Source of the DNA: Torpedo marmorata
Taxonomy: Eukaryota
DNA length: 64,000 bases
Assembly: GCA_977017645.1 (NCBI GenBank)
Contig: OZ360222.1
Location: 157,790,001-157,854,000, forward strand
Reading direction: 5' to 3'
In this document: positions 1 through 13,848 of the stretch, piece by piece
How positions within the stretch are numbered: position 1 is the stretch's first letter
Layout of the letters: each line of letters starts with the position of its first letter
Position numbers and translations under genes: made by a program
Notes under the pieces: model-generated
The model's database searches: none
The model's input: the letters and a program-made list of their open reading frames with translations, nothing else
Told to the model about the DNA's origin: nothing

Positions 1-225
1 CCCACACTACTCTGCTCCTAAAACTCCAAAAAGAGCAGTTAAGGGATTTGGTTGTAAATCAATTGCAAGGATTACTGAAAGAGTACCAAAGGCATCTTTC
101 CAATATCTTTCCAGAACCGAACAGGACCAAAACATATGGGTCAATGAAGCCACTTGCAAATTACACCTATCACAGATTGGATTAAAATTAGGAAAAATAT
201 GGGCAAGCTTGTCCTTGGACATAGA
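1..225 (-). mobile_element. L1/Tx1-type LINE ORF2 3' fragment
   Basis: ORF 7..222 contains CDRC..SLTHMFWSC, the C-terminal zinc-knuckle region of L1-clade ORF2. Confidence 0.75.
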
Positions 226-490
226 GCACCGTTGAGTCCAATGGCGTCAGAGACCCACTCGAGCAGTTGGGTGAAATCTTGACCTTGCAGCTGTATCTTG
301 GACCAGTAAACGAGAGCTGCGTTGATTCAAAATGGTGCTAACCATGCGCCAGACCCCCACTTGAGCATGGTGGGTAAAAAAAAAAAAAATCAACTTTTTT
401 TTCAAATTGTGACGTCACGTCACACTCGAAAAAACTTTTGGATATTCGGAATTCCAGTTGTTCGGTTTTCGGTTAATCGGAAGTATACTG
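226..490. mobile_element. Tc1/mariner-pogo-like DNA transposon end
   Basis: Ends ...ttcggttaatcggaagtatactg followed by TA (CAGT terminus on the - strand); the other end is not seen. Confidence 0.4.
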
Positions 491-934
491 TAGAAAGTAG
501 CTGTTGCTCCTCTGCCAATAGGAAGTAGGTAACAATGTAATGACCTGACTGGCTCTCCAATTATTCTGAACAACCATGTATGTTTTGCCCAGCTCCCCTC
601 TATGAGTGTATATTTGAAAATGGAAACTTGTACATGAGGATTACACTCCAGACCTTTGTAATCACTGGTGCAACATTACGAGATTCTCTAGCCCATTACT
701 CAAACCACCTCTAGGTTAGTATCAGCTCCAGATTTATTAATTATTACTTTCAGGTGGGTTGCAAGGTGAACCAAATAAGATTTCTATGACATGAATTGGG
801 TAATCATTGCCTTCCTAAAGCTTACTATAGCATGGAAACATCAGAATGCCTGTGAATTAGACAATTACAACTTAATTTCTGGTTGCAGAGTATTTACCAT
901 GGGTCATAGTGGTCCATCAATGATTATGAATTGA

Positions 935-1480
935 ACCTTTGATATCTATCCTATCTATGCCTCATAATTTTTTGTAATTCTGTTTGCCCTCAGCCTCCGA
1001 TGCTCCAGAGAAAACGATGCAAATTTGTCAAAGCTTTCCTTATAGCTAATACTCTCCGATCAGGCAACATCCTGATGAACCTCTTCTGCACTTCTCCAAA
1101 CTCTTCATATCCTTCCTGTAATGCAGCAACCAGAACTGCACACAATACTCGTAACTAAAGTTTTATACAACTGAAACATGACTTCCTGAGTTTTATACTC
1201 AATGCCCTGACCAATGAAGGCAAACTTGCCGTACATACCACTCTTTTGACTGTGTTGTCGTTTTGAAGGAGCTATAGACTTGCGTCCCAATATCCCCCTG
1301 CACATCAATGCTCCTGAACTCCTCCCATTTAATGTATACTTTTTCGAGCATTTGACCTCCCAAAATACTGCAGCTCACTCTTGTCCAGGTTGAGCTCCAC
1401 CTGCCATTTATCTGCTTAAATGTCCAGCTGTTCTATATCCTGCTGTATCTTTTGGCAATCTCCAACACTATCCACAACAT
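935..1480 (-). mobile_element. CR1 LINE 3' fragment
   Basis: Minus frame reads AFIGQGIEYKTQEVMFQLYKTLV, typical of the CR1 ORF2 C-terminus. Confidence 0.75.
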
Positions 1481-2816
1481 ACGATGTTAAATTGCATCTC
1501 AACCCTTAATGTCCAGATTTATTTATTCGATAGTCCTCTTGTGACTTGGCAAACCCCCTGCAGATGATGAGTAACCACGGATCAAACCATGAATTAACAA
1601 GATTATTTTCATTAACCAGTGTTTTGGTTTTGTTGACCTATTGACTTGCTCAGCAAATAATTCTATATTTTAACAAATACAGCATTTACAGGACCAATTT
1701 GATCCAGTAGAATTTAATGAATTTCCCAATTCGATAAATTCTTGTACATTAGCTCTGTTATTTTCTTTTGGGGCGAGATGCTAAGGATATAACTGTGTTT
1801 CCCTTCACTGAATTCACTTGAAAACAATTCTGTCATCCCTTCATTTGAAATTCAAACCATTTTGTTTTGTTCTGTGAAAGAAACTGCCATGATCACACTC
1901 AATCCTTGTGTTCTGTAGTGCTGATGTGAAGTTTTTGCAAGTTATTTTCAAACTCAAAATATATTTCCGTGTTATGGATACAAAAGTTATTTCTATTTGC
2001 TGATTCATTTGTTCAATATATTTTGCCTGTTTATTCGAACTCTTCTAACTGACTACACTTGATTCACAAAAATACCACGTGAATAAAGATATGATAGTGA
2101 AAATTGTTTCGGGGTGCTTTTCAGTCTGAAGCTGTACAGAAGTTTAAACTCATCAAATTTTGTCAGAGTATTCCAAAGACATTATAAATGTGCCAAGTGC
2201 TTCAGTCATTTACCTGTTCCTCATGCAGCAGGAAGGGGATACAGCTGTGGAAATGTCATTAAAACTGTCCTCCATACATGTTGTCTTGTTGCATGACTTA
2301 CCTCATTATGAATGTTGCCTGACTCTAATCATTTGCATCTGGCTGCTTCATTAAATAGAGAAACATCAGCATGCTGTTGTGTCCTCGTTCTCACGTTCTG
2401 CCATGTAGAACATTTTCAAGTAATAATGATATGCAATTGTTTAAGATATAGGTTGCATCTTAACTAAAAAAAATCACCACTGCTTGAAGAAAAGTGAAAA
2501 TGTGAACATAATGTTTGCAGTCTGCCTAGTGAATAATCTGTTTGATTTGATAAGGAAAATGTACTGAGCTAGCTTGTTTGGTAGCGTTCTTGAAATGACT
2601 GAGCTCTCGGTGAATGCATTGTTATGACTACCTAAAAGTAATATCTAAATGTTTGCAGTTTAGAGACTGAAATGGAACCTGCATGCTCCTACCTCTGTTT
2701 TTGGTCAGTCATATGGAATGCTGAAATGGAGACCAATCCCTACCAAAAAAAAAGGAGGATATGACAGCAAGTCATTTGCTGGCATTTCCCTTGATGGCTG
2801 TATCTGTCTTCCACAG

Positions 2817-2901
2817 GGGGAAGGTATACACCAAATCCGGGAAGCTTTGAAGATTTTAGCAGAGAGGGTATTAATCTTGGAGACTATGATTGGTATTCAT
2901 G
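2817..2901 (+). CDS. EMID1: EMID1 penultimate exon A (coiled coil GEGIHQIREALKILAERVLILETMIGIH)
   Basis: ccacag acceptor, gtgagt donor, phase 0 to 1; peptide nearly identical to the recalled EMID1/COL26A1 C-terminal REALKILAERVLILE motif; synteny with RHBDD3-EWSR1. Confidence 0.93.
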
Positions 2902-3535
2902 GTGAGTAAAGGGAATAGATTGATGTTTGCACTGAGTCTTGTGGCCAAGCACAACAGAGCACACAACAGAACATTAAAGATCAAGTGTTTCATTTTCTAG
3001 CTTACTTGGGACATTATCTCCAGTTTGAATTGGGTAAATCACATCAGATATGAAGAGGGAATTAAAGTACTGTTAGCACTGTATCAGCAAGCCTACATTT
3101 TTGTTGTGTGTCTGAGTGTGATGTTCATTTCTCAGTACAAACCAGTGCTGCAATGCTGCCATGTATATGTGTGTATGGGAATAACCAAATACCCAGACAC
3201 CACAACACTGGGAACCAGGAATGCCTGAGATTTATTCCAAAATAATCTCTTACACTTTGTTTCAATAGAAACAATATAATTCTGAAATTTACAATGAAAG
3301 CCTGGAAAAAATATTGAAAAATTGACATATTTACCAGCTGGTCGCTTGTAAATTTGTCTTTTTCCAAAAAGTTTAATTAAAAAATGGTCTTTCTTTCTCC
3401 TTGTTTAATCACAGTGAATTAAATTAATACTGAAACTGCTAAGAAAATGGCTGACCTGGTTCTCGAGTCCTCATCAAAACTAATTTTTAACTGGGGAACA
3501 AAACATTTTCTATTGCTGTTTTCGATTTCCACCAG

Positions 3536-3626
3536 GCTGTTAGTTGGCAGATGTTCCAAGATCTTCAAGCTGAATTAGAAGTTCTGGCTAGAAGGGTAAC
3601 CTTACTGGAAGCCATCGTGTGGCCAG
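3536..3626 (+). CDS. EMID1: EMID1 alternative penultimate exon B (AVSWQMFQDLQAELEVLARRVTLLEAIVWP)
   Basis: ttccaccag acceptor, gtaacc donor, phase 0 to 1, open frame, peptide homologous to exon A. Confidence 0.8.
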
Positions 3627-3879
3627 GTAACCAAGTGGTCAAACATTAAAAGTTGCAGTATTCATATCTACAAATATCCTGTGTTTTGTACAACTGGGCT
3701 CTGAACAATCCTACACAGATTTTGATGGGAGTGATACAGAAATATATTTTATTATCCTTATTTTGTAGGTTTTGAATCTTAAATATTTATCTGAGGACCA
3801 TCAAATGAGATGAAAACAAAGTATTGTAAACACTTGATCCTTGAACCTAGTGTAACTTTGATGAAGTTTACAATGATAT

Positions 3880-5790
3880 TCAAACTCAAAACCACTGACT
3901 TAAGGGAGGAGGAAGCATATCCCAGGAAGACTTGCACCAGAAACATTTGAGTGGAAAAGACCAAAGCTGTTTCCATGAAAATCAAATTATAATGGTCAGT
4001 CCTTACCAGAGGGAGCCTCCACATCAACATCTGAATGAATTCCAAGTTAGCCATGATGTTGAGCACTTCTTCCACCACCTTCACTTGCATGCCCATTTTT
4101 TTTTTGCCTGGAGACTTCACCTAATTCCAAATCCAACTGGCCTCCTCCTCCTGTCCTCTTACATTCACTGGGTCTTTTCGCTGCCTATTACTAGTGTGAC
4201 ATTGACTCACAATTCTTCCACTGCACCTCCTCACTCTAATTACCTTGTTCTGAATCTGTATGAATCTCGTTACTAAGGACCAACCCCAACACCGTCATCA
4301 AACCTTCCGATAAAGGCTGTGCCATTGTTGTTTGGCAAATTGATCTTCTCCTGTCAGAGGCTGAACACCAGCTCTTTCATACTGGACCATCACCTAACTA
4401 CTAAACATCAGGCCATTATCTTCTTCATTTCCTCAAACATCTTCATATCCCAGCCAGAAGTCCTATAATCCTCTAACCATGCACAGTCTGCTTCCACCCA
4501 AGATTTAACGGCCTGGTGGGCACATTGTTTCAGTTTATAGAACCTATTTCCTCCTACCTTGATTCTGTTCTTACTCCTCAGTTTAGTTTCTTTCCACTTG
4601 TATCCCCGACTGGCTCATCTCAATATGGATGTCCAATCTCTCTACACTTCCAGCCCACATCATGATGACCTGAGTGCCTTTGTTTTTTTCTGGAACAAAG
4701 GCCTAATCAGTACCCCCCCAATCCACCCCCCCCACCCCCACTCACATCCTCCTTATGAATGAATCATGCTCAGATTGAACAAACAACAACTCCCTGGACT
4801 CCACTCACTTCCTCCAAACAAAAGAAGCAATTCTGAGAAACTATCTCCTTGTTATGACTCTTTGTCAGGTATGTGGAACAGTCCATGTCTCAGTCCTATT
4901 TCTGCCCCTTCCCTCACCTTGTTTACCAGTACAACAGTGACAATATAAGTAATGCTTCCTGACGTTGTACAGAGGTTGAAAGTTTCATCCCTTTTGCTGT
5001 TAACCTCCTCCCTGTTCTTATTTCCACCTGCTCCGTCTCTGACCGCATCTGACACAGCAGTTTCCATTCCATTTCCTGCCTTTTTCCGATTGTACCCACT
5101 ATTCTTCCAGCAAAGCAAGAATAAGGTTCTCCTCATCTTCATCCATGCCACCAGGGTCTACATTCAACAGATCATCAATAATTTCTGCCATATTTTCCCC
5201 TTCTCCTTTCACCATTCCCTCTGTGATTCCCTGGCTCATTCTTCCATCTTTTCTGAAAGCCACTCACCTTCTCACGGTGCCATCCCATGCAACAGTGTGT
5301 AATACAGCACCTGCCCTTTTACCTCTTCCTGCCGTCCAGGAACCCAAACAATCCTTTCCGGTTACTTTCTTCGAATTTGATCTACTCAATTTGGTGCTCA
5401 CAATGTGGCCTCCTGTACATCGGAGAAAACAAACACGGATTGGATACCACTTCACAGAACATCTCTATTCAGTCTGTAAAGATGAGCCTGAGGTTCCACT
5501 GTTAAATTCTCCATCCCACTCATACTTTGACCTCTACCTCAATTTATACAAAGTCTAACATAACCCAAAGTAACAGCATCTCATCTTCCAACAAGACATG
5601 TCACAGCTCTCAGGACTCAATAATAAACTCCACTAATTTCAAATAACCAGTCTTTCCTGTTCAATAATCAGAATCATAAGATTGTCAAATTAACTATGAC
5701 TTTCTCTCTTGCACTTCCTTTGTCATGTATGTTGCCTGACCTACTGGGCATTTCCAGCATTTTCCTTTATTTCAGATTTCCTGCAACCTT
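3880..5790 (+). mobile_element. Degraded Penelope-like element (RT and GIY-YIG remnants)
   Basis: IIKPSDKG (about 4295), MDVQSLYTS (about 4625), LIYSIWCSQCGLLYIGE (ORF 5287..5505), PLE-type 3' tail near 5730-5790. Confidence 0.8.
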
Positions 5791-7491
5791 GTTTTAAGAA
5801 AATGTTGGAACGATCCGCTCCCCCTTTAAGCATTAAAACCTTATCTGTCCCCTCCATGGACAGCTGCTACTTGCTAAACAAGCCACTCTCATATCATTTG
5901 CCTGCTAAGCCAGAAAAATGGTCAGTGCTTTTAAAGACTACCAAAAGGAAGTGTAAGAATGTGGGTAAAGGAGCAGGAAGCAGAAAGCAGGAAAACTAAA
6001 AGTGAGAAATAAATGAGGGGTAGGGATAATAGGTTGTGGTGCTGCTGAGAAGACGACTCCTGACTATGGTTAGCACCATATCATCGAGGGGTGGTCCCAA
6101 GCAGCAATCACCACGTCTACATTTCAGGGTACCCCTGAATAACTCTTACCTGTTCATACATACCTCTATTTTTATGGAGGGCTGCTGCTTTTTTATTTAA
6201 TAAAAGTTACACCTTGAAATAATGTCCAGGTACAACCTTATTTACAAAGATTGTATGATATGACCATCTGATACAATTTCCATTGTAAAGTAATTAATGG
6301 TTGCTCCAATTTCTAGATAACCATTTAAAATTTAAAAAAACTTCTTGCATATCTTGCAACACATTGCGTTGTAGTAAACACAAAAGTCTGCAGACACCGT
6401 GATTGAAGTAAAAACCTCCAGCATTGTGTTTTTACTTCATTCTCCAGTATTGTGTTTTTACACATTACGTTCGAATGTACTTTGAGAACTTGCCTCTTTA
6501 AGTTCTTTAACCCACTACATTGGGATGTCTTCATTTGCTCTCTCTCATTCTGTACATCAAAATTGACTTCCATTTCTTTAATTGTAAACACAACTCAAAG
6601 TATTATTTTTTCAAAATAAACTAAAAACGATAAAGACAACAATGTCATTCGTTTGTACATTCTACCCAAGGCAGCAGTACTTAATAAACATTCTCTGCAA
6701 ACTATGAAAATATGTTGCATTGACTTGTAAAAAGAGTGCCTTCTTCTAACAAACAAGATTTTTTATAACATAGAAATGCAGTATATTAGCATTTGACACA
6801 AAATTAATATCTTACTGAAAATTAATATTAATTTAAAATGGAACAAATGGAGTAATAAATAATAACAAATGGTTGCCACTGTATTAAATATTAAACTAAG
6901 ATCCCACTGCCTCTTGGTTATGACTGTGATATCTATTTAAAGCAGCTAAAACATCATCTTTCAAATATCTTTTCCTTTAAGTTCAGTCAACGAATATACA
7001 AATAGCAGAGAAATTTGACATTGTCTTTGATGATAGGCATAATTATAATGAATTGTACTTACCAAAATAATTTATAATGCTATTTTATTTTTTGATGACT
7101 GCTTAGGAAAAGTTCTATGATTACTACAACCCAACTTTTATGAGTCAAGAATTGTGTTTTCCCTATTCAAACTCTGTACAAAGGGATGGTAATGGAAACT
7201 GCAACTTTTAATGCACATAAAGAAAATATGTGTACAATCCTGTGCATTATCTTGTAAACAAAGTATTAACATGTTATTGTGATGCTTAATTGGTCAAGTT
7301 TCAATTTTAATGTAATTACGGTAGTTATATACCATGAGTTTATTTCTGTGCATTATATCGCTGGAGTTATTGGAATTTAATGATTTTCTTCACATAACAT
7401 GGATTACATCAAGTAACTATAACATTAGGAAAAAATATAGCTGGTTAACCAAAGGCACATTCTGATTCATTGCATCCTATGGAATGATTTT

Positions 7492-8220
7492 CAAGATTCA
7501 AGATTCCTTAATTGTCATGTAATAATACAGAACAAGTAATATTACACGATATGGCCTTCTGCCTGCCATAAGGCAGACAAAGAGTCACCATTAGTATCAC
7601 CTTACAGTAAGAGAGAATGAGAAGCAAAACAGAGTCACTTCAAAGGTCACATTATTCGTGGATTCGCCTCCAGCGCTCCCGCAGCCTCTGCAGCCACACA
7701 GACTCCTGTTCGATCCATCGGCAGCCTGAGCTCCAGATCCAAAACTCCGACACGATCAGGAAGCCTTCAGCTCCCAAGGCCCTTCCGGAGCCCTTTTGCC
7801 CTCAGCACCCTCTCGAATCCCAATTCTAATACCTGGTTCCCATGAGCCAGTCTCCAGCAGCCCACAGCCTGAGTGGGTCCTTCAGCTGCTGAGCCCCTTG
7901 CTTGTCTGCTGCCCTGATCACTGTCCTGTAGGGTCATCTCCTCTGCTTCTCCTTCTCAATGGGGGGGGGGGGTTCTCCCCATTTCTGATGCCCTGCACTC
8001 ATCTGCTGTTCCTCCAGAGTCTGCAACCCCTTGAGGCCACTGCTGAGCACAGGCGCCGCCATCTTGGGCACAGACCCTACGGTTCCTTTAACAGGCCGTT
8101 TAAAGCATATACAGAGCCGTCGGCATTACGAGTGGGTGGTTGAACTCTTCTGAGCAGCGTTGTGTCTCATGGGTCTGCACCAGTGGCAGCGCTACCGTTA
8201 CAGCAGCTCCGGCAGTTTCA
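7492..8220 (-). mobile_element. Non-autonomous retroposon with (TCTTGAA)n tail
   Basis: Homologous to 37002-37180; tctgcc..ggcaga stem-loop near the 3' tail; GC-rich body. Confidence 0.6.
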
Positions 8221-9410
8221 CCATTTTTCTACAACCTTTCCTTAATATTTGTATATAAATATACAAATATTACTATTTTTAACAAAAATAAGCCAACAAA
8301 AACAACATTTGCTTCAAATAGTGTGTGCTCAGTAGGTGGTGCATTTAAAGTTATTCATTTTGTTCCTTTAATACTATTACATTTTGAGAACCTTGCAATG
8401 TTGCAAAATTTTCAAATCTCTTTGCCTAAATATCATAAAACAGAAAATTACCGTAATTATAAAATATTTTAAGCATTCTTCCATGTTTTCTTTTCATGGC
8501 AAGGTGTGGTACTCATTGTGATAGATGCGTTCAGTTGAAATGCGAGATTCTGTGACAGGTGAAATGGTTTGATAAAAACAATGCAACTCTCTGTATTAAC
8601 AATAACATAATCTAGCAATTCAATAGCACCCATTTGTCAGAATATCAGTCTAATTCAGTAATTAACAAGATCATCTTAAATAACTGACTGATATTACTTT
8701 GAGGATTTTAATCCTTTCTTGTATTCTTGTAAAAAACGTGTTTACATTTACATTCCTGAAGATCCTAGTGTAGAAGGGTTTTGACTGTTTCTAATTTACT
8801 TTGTTTTAAAAAAAGTTAATATTATTTGTAATCTATTAATAACATTGCTTGTGATTGTTTTTACACAGTAAAGTCTCAATTTTTTTAGCACATACCGTAT
8901 ATGATAGGAGCTGGTTTAACAAAAACATTGGTTAACTCAGTGTCAGCCTCGAAATTCCCTCAGCACTGCCCTCTGTTGGTCTGCTTATTTCCCCAGAAGT
9001 GCTGCTCTGCCAGCTATTGGAATGGACTTTTTCCTCAACCACATTTTAAACCAAAAAAAAGAACAGTTGAACTAGTGACAAGTACTGGAAATCTGAAATG
9101 AAACTTGAAAATTCTGGGAACACACTTAAAGCCTATCACAATCTGAACAAGGAACAGGTTCCTGTTTCAAGTGACAGACAACCCTCAAATTATGGACAAT
9201 CGTTCCTCAAAAATCATCATTATTGCAATTTTTCCATAACACAAACCCACATCATCTGCAATAGGCATCAAGAAATGCAAGTTGAAAAATATTAATGTTG
9301 TGTTTATTTAATATTTTTCACCTACATTTCATTTTTATTCCATATCTCAGCTGTTTTCATAGTGATTGTAAATTTCATAAGGGCGAATTTCTGTTACACA
9401 AACTTCTATA

Positions 9411-9671
9411 AGATGGATTAAAATAAAAACACAATGGTGGAGAAACTCAGCAGGTCAAACAGTGTCCTTTATATAGCAAAGGTAAAAATACATAACCGAC
9501 GTTTCGGGCTTGAGCCCTTTATCAAGGTACCTACCTTGATAAAGGGCTCAAGCCCAAAACGTCGGTTATGTATTTCTGCCTTTGCTATATAAAGTACACT
9601 GTTCGACCTGCTGAGTTTCTCCAGCATTGTGTTTTTACTTCAACCACAGTGTCTACAGATTTTCGTGTTTT
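9411..9671. mobile_element. Penelope-like terminal fragment as inverted repeat with hammerhead-like cores
   Basis: 106-bp arms 9424-9529 and 9532-9637; acttctata repeated at 9402-9410 and 9672-9680 (TSD-like). Confidence 0.8.
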
Positions 9672-9825
9672 ACTTCTATAGGCTCGCCTAAGTTAATCCG
9701 ATTATTTTGGCACTTTACATATCTAACATGCTCCCAAAAAGGGGGTGCATTTTATTTTAATTGCTATCACAGAATCTGGCATTTCAAAGGAACACGATTA
9801 TCAGAATATCATTCCAGTTCAATAA

Positions 9826-10139
9826 CACTGGACAACAATTTTTTTTCAAAAGGTTTGCTTCCTGAAACCTTTCACTATGTTCGTCACTGACTGCACCAAG
9901 ATCAGCAGGGAAGAAGTCCAAGTGCAAAGGGAGAAAATGAATTTTCACTGACGTGCAGCACTTCATGGTTTTGTATGCTTGAAATAGACTTAAAATATGG
10001 CAGGAAATCACAAAAATAGGCTATATCTAAAAACAGTACGTGATAGGAAAATTTTAAGGTGATTTTCGTGATCAACAGCCCAAAACCCATAAAATACACC
10101 CAAAAGTGTTCAGGGGGCAAAAATCTTTGTTGTCCAGTG
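9826..10139 (-). mobile_element. Chapaev3-like DNA transposon deletion derivative
   Basis: CACTGGACAACAA TIRs, TAA TSD, transposase remnant KIHFLPLHLDFFPADLGAVSDEHSERF. Confidence 0.75.
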
Positions 10140-11196
10140 TAATCAACTGAAGATGGTCTTAAATTTATTTTTTTTTTGAAATATTAACCAATCTTTTTTT
10201 TTCAAATATTGGGTATGCCGAGGCTTACAGTATGTATTGCAGTTAGAGAAATACATTCATTTGATCTGCATATAAATGTCTTTATTTCACAAAAGTATTT
10301 CTTTACAAAATAATGGCTTCTTCAATGCTGAACCCATAACACAGAGTAAAAACTAAGGTTTTGTAAAGATAGCTGTCAAACTTTGAGTGTAGAGAACTGA
10401 TTGATAAAGGATAAGCAAACATCACCCAAAAATAATAATTTTAGACTATGCCCAGTTCTTTATAAATCTGACAAAATCTACAACATTTTTTTATATTTTA
10501 TTTATTAAAACTTCCAAATAAAAATTGAGAATTAAGCCTCCTAATCAGGTCACCTCACCTTTAGGTCATTTGATGACCCAGAATGATTTCCCTTCTTTAA
10601 TGCCAAGCGTAGAATTTCTCATTAAATCTTGGCCTCCTAATTGCCTGCTGTACTCTATTTCATTAAAATTCCTGCAACAAAAAGGCTGACTAGAACTCCA
10701 AGTAATAATTTTGTAGTTTTCAATGGGTTTTAGATATTCAAAGAGCTCTTGCCATACAAGTGCTTTATGGATTCACTTCAAATTTCTCTGCTTTCATAAT
10801 AAATATCAAATCATTTATATTGAAGAGTTAGAAACATTGAAGTGACTGATTTTTTTGTATAGTGCACATAGAGTCAAATTGCTGACAGTCAATTCCAAAT
10901 GAGATATTCTAGTTTTCAAACTCTGGCAACTAAATAACCCCACATAAAACACAATACTCCCAATAGTCTATTCAAACCCCATTTTCTAAATTACTGAACT
11001 TTCCACGAATTACGCCTTGAGCTGGTGCTATTGGTGAATTGAAAATGTTCAGCTGAGTTTTAATTGATCAAAATGTCATTGTAACATAATCTATTTTTAC
11101 CTTTTTGCATTCCAACTATAAGAAAGCCTGTGTAACAATGAAACCGCTATTATGTTTTTGCCCACTGAACTTACTACATTGTCTTTGTCATCACAG

Positions 11197-11327
11197 AACC
11201 TGATCATGGATCTGGGGTAGATCCTTATGCTACTATACCTCCAAATTTCTTCAGAGGCAAGAGAGGCAGCTTTGCAGCCTACAAGATTATCTCTCATAGG
11301 CTTGCACACAAAACCGAAGAGAAATGA
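11197..11327 (+). CDS. EMID1: EMID1 last coding exon (EPDHGSGVDPYATIPPNFFRGKRGSFAAYKIISHRLAHKTEEK*)
   Basis: tcacag acceptor in phase 1, in frame with both exon A and exon B; EP..GSG and RGKRG motifs as in the recalled human EMID1 C-terminus; candidate AATAAA at 11617, 12399 and 12637. Confidence 0.9.
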
Positions 11328-13848
11328 TAAAGGACAATGAAAACATCAGCCAATGTAAACTGTGTGGTTCCTTCCTGCAACAGCAGGTGGTAAACTGGGG
11401 TAAGCAGATTACCAAACCACTGGAACTATTATATTTGTCCTATGTGTAATACATCAGAGGACTAATTTGATTTGCCTCATCCAACTGTGGGCATTTTCCT
11501 CTTTACGTACTGAAAATGATTTGCATTCTAGGCTGCTTTCTTAATGGGAATCTCAGAGATATGGTATGGATATCATGTACTGATTCACCACGGTTGGCTA
11601 TTCCATGATTTTTCTTAATAAAGCATGGCCATTGGTGAATATTACAAAGCAGCCACTGGTGTATTCCTCTCCTATGTTTTGTGAAAATGTTTACTTTGCC
11701 TTTTACTTTCTATCACAAGTAGATTAATGTTTCTAAAATTTTATATAATCATACTATTGCCATCCGTTTACATTATGTACTTCAATCATAGTTTAATTAC
11801 ATGGAAAACATTATTTTTTAATAAGACACCGTCACTTGCTCACCTTCCATGTTTTTGTTTCTAAAAATGCACACCTGCTGATTCAATGCAGGATTATTCA
11901 CTCTTCTTTATATTCAAACTGAAATAGAATTGCCCAACAGTCTCTGTGTACTCAGGGTATTCTGACTTTTATTTTTGATTTTTAATTTGGTTTGCCAGCA
12001 ATGAGTCTTCAAATTAGGATACAAACTATTTTAGATCAAAGGTGAGGAACAATTACAGAGATTCACGTTATTATTTTCTCTCTTTTGAAAGTGTTTTTAT
12101 AAGAGCAAGGCATACGGGTTTGTTACTTTGCCAGTAACGTAACCACATTGTACTATTCAGTTTTGAAATTCACCACTTCTCAGCCCTACAACCCCTTCAT
12201 TATTTGTGAGTGAAAGTTACCATCGAGATGCATTTAAATAATTTAGTTTTACAACTGTAATGAATGTTTGGGAGAAGTTAAACAAGTGGGAACCTGACTC
12301 TTTAAATTCTATTAAAACGGTTTTATTGATAAATGGCAGTAAGGGACAGTTAAGGAAATCATTTTAAGAGAGGTGTTGCATTTGCTTTCCCCTGATCAAA
12401 TAAATATAATTTAGAAATTTTATTCAGAATATGAACATGATCCATGCCTTATTCATCACAAGAAACACTGCCTTTTCCTATCGCATCTGCCATAAAATTT
12501 CAGCAATTCCTCAAATAATTGTAACCTTATTAGTTGTGTGTTTTTAGTTCTGACAGACATATGTTAAAATAGATAACCAACTTACACATCCAATCAAGTC
12601 ATACTGGAGAAAGTGCTACTTACAATTCTACATCAAAATAAACAGAATATTTCAACATCTAGGCATGAAAATATACAATAAGTATTTATCTACAGATATC
12701 TCTACTTGAAGGTAGCATTTTCAATTACATTTAAATGTGTCTTACTGGTGCTAAGTGTGCAGTGTTTAATTTTGTAATTGAGGTAACACAGACTTCTGAT
12801 TTGATTTGTATTTGTTTATCCACGGATTTTATATCTTGTCTATGGGCTTTTAATGCAGGTTGCTTGCAAAAGTATTCACTTATTCACTATATGTACAATG
12901 TGCAAATTTTGATGCCACTGTCTTTTCATGATGCAGTCTTTAAAGGCTTACTTCCATGTACAGAGCACTGTTTTATACCATCTATGAGAAGTGTCCAAAA
13001 TATTCATTAAAAGATAAATTAAGTCTTTTAACCTTTTTTATGATGTGGTCTCTTTTGCATTATAAATCCTTGAAGTATTTTACTGCTGTTAAACAAGATT
13101 GCTATTCGAGTCACTTGTATGAAACACGAAAGTCTGCAGACACTGTGATTGTAGTAAAAACACACTTGTATAACCCATGCTTAAATATTATTCCCTTATC
13201 TCTTGCCATACTACAATTAGCCCCACAAGAATGCCTGTCCACTCCATTCTCTCCTTGCTGCAATGTCTGGAGTGGGACACTTGACAGTCAAGAATAACCC
13301 ACTAACATGTAGGACCAATATCTCAAGTGCATCATAACTTTCTGACTCAGCTGTGACTAAGCTCAGTCAGGTATCAGCACCAAATTTCCTAAATTGGATT
13401 CAAATACCCAAGGGACATGTGTTACAAAACAAGAAGTTATAATGGAGTCAACATAATTTGGATGATAACTTTATATTATACATTTTTGATCGCTTTTATA
13501 TCCCAAGAACTTTATAGCATGAAGAAGCATCAAGTTCCACTTTTATCATAACAACATTTTAACGAGATGGAGGCAAGAATGTCTTGATGTTTTCAGTTGG
13601 AAACTTATCATCTCCATATTCAGGTAAAATGCATGATTTAAAGATAAACTTGAGAATCCTAGTCCATCCAACACATAAACTCGCAAGCTTTCAGCATGTG
13701 TGTAATCCACCAAGCCAGGATAACATAAACTCTACTATAGAATTTTTATCATTTTGTTTGGTATTTTTAAACTTGAGTAGCCACAATAGTCAAACATATG
13801 TGCAAGAAAAACCAAGTTCTAAGGTCAGAAAAAAACAGGCAATTAACT

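Noticed and set aside
754-773. Collagen-like micro-exon (tttcag|GT GGG TTG CAA GGT GAA CCA = GLQGEP) as an EMID1 exon
   Set aside because: It is followed by aataaga rather than a GT donor; too short to support, possibly a decayed exon or chance
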